The notes beneath the pieces were generated by a model. That model saw only the letters and a program-made list of their open reading frames with translations. It was not told where the DNA came from and did not search any database. A stretch of 64,000 nucleotides of DNA, from the sequence record PQ330092.1. One strand, given 5' to 3'. Positions within the stretch are counted from its first letter, which is position 1, and each line of letters starts with the position of its first letter. The position numbers were made by a program, and so were the translations under genes. Of this stretch, positions 63,580 through 64,000 are shown piece after piece.

Positions 63580-63935
63580 TGGAATTTGATTTTTTAATAT
63601 CAGTACATACTTTCAAGCACAGTTATCAGTACTTTTGTAATTTAAACAAAGGTGATTTAATGCACAGTGCGAATGAGTATATTCATTACACTCAGGGTAA
63701 ATTTACATTCATTGATTACAGTTCATTACAGTATCCACACCAAGATATGCCGGACTATACATTAATGGATACCGCAGAACTATTCCAAGAATCATTAGTA
63801 TTTGATAAGAAGTACTTGTGTACATTTGAAGAAGTTATTGCAATACAAAATGAAATGAAAGAGTATGCTGCTTTGCATAAACCCAATGCAAGTATTAATC
63901 AAGAATACAAATTCAATTTAGGAATTCAAGAATGA
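63576..63935 (+). CDS. FQxSLVFD-motif protein; paralogue of 63202
   Basis: MPDYTLMDTAELFQESLVFDKKYLCT. Confidence 0.8.
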   Translation: MMEFDFLISVHTFKHSYQYFCNLNKGDLMHSANEYIHYTQGKFTFIDYSSLQYPHQDMPDYTLMDTAELFQESLVFDKKYLCTFEEVIAIQNEMKEYAALHKPNASINQEYKFNLGIQE

Positions 63936-64000
63936 CATATGATTATTCTATGTACTATTATAAGTTACCTAAAGGATGGGACTTGTGCTGTAATCTTATT

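Noticed and set aside
1-64000. tRNA, rRNA, integrase or transposase genes
   Set aside because: No cloverleaf with T-loop/CCA or recognisable catalytic motifs found by eye; a tRNAscan/HMM run would confirm

Overview
AT-rich lytic phage DNA with no rRNA, tRNA, integrase or CRISPR array. It is most consistent with the terminal region of a jumbo myophage of Enterobacteriaceae. The Asteriusvirus (121Q/PBECO4)-like assignment is my inference from the MLPFxRMxxYGNI RCC1-like genes, the ~20 kb repeat, the sigma70 promoters and the E. coli-type Chi sites; no search was run. The dominant feature is a 20,114-bp head-to-tail duplication (7148-27261 and 27262-47375), best read as the long direct terminal repeat (DTR) seen across the joined genome ends. 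Each DTR copy holds ~51 small early genes, mostly as one promoter + 5' stem-loop + one gene cassettes (~45 promoters by eye). Recognisable products are a TraR/DksA-like zinc finger, a GNAT acetyltransferase, a protein kinase-like ORF and an H-NS-like ORF. The DTR also carries ORF-less transcription units: three copies of a covarying pseudoknot RNA, eleven promoter-linked CCC-Ann-GGGTGC elements, and a three-hairpin RNA with two anti-Shine-Dalgarno-like CCUCCUGU motifs. At least 10 Chi sites per DTR are seen, and none outside it. The DTR is flanked by three families of small paralogues: ~21 ~60-aa genes on the left, 29+2 LGTxxQE genes on the right, and ~17 proteins sharing an EExFQxSLV(H/Y)D motif. 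AGTACT is strongly over-represented and switches to AGTACA between ~55.1 and 63.0 kb. All counts are by eye.
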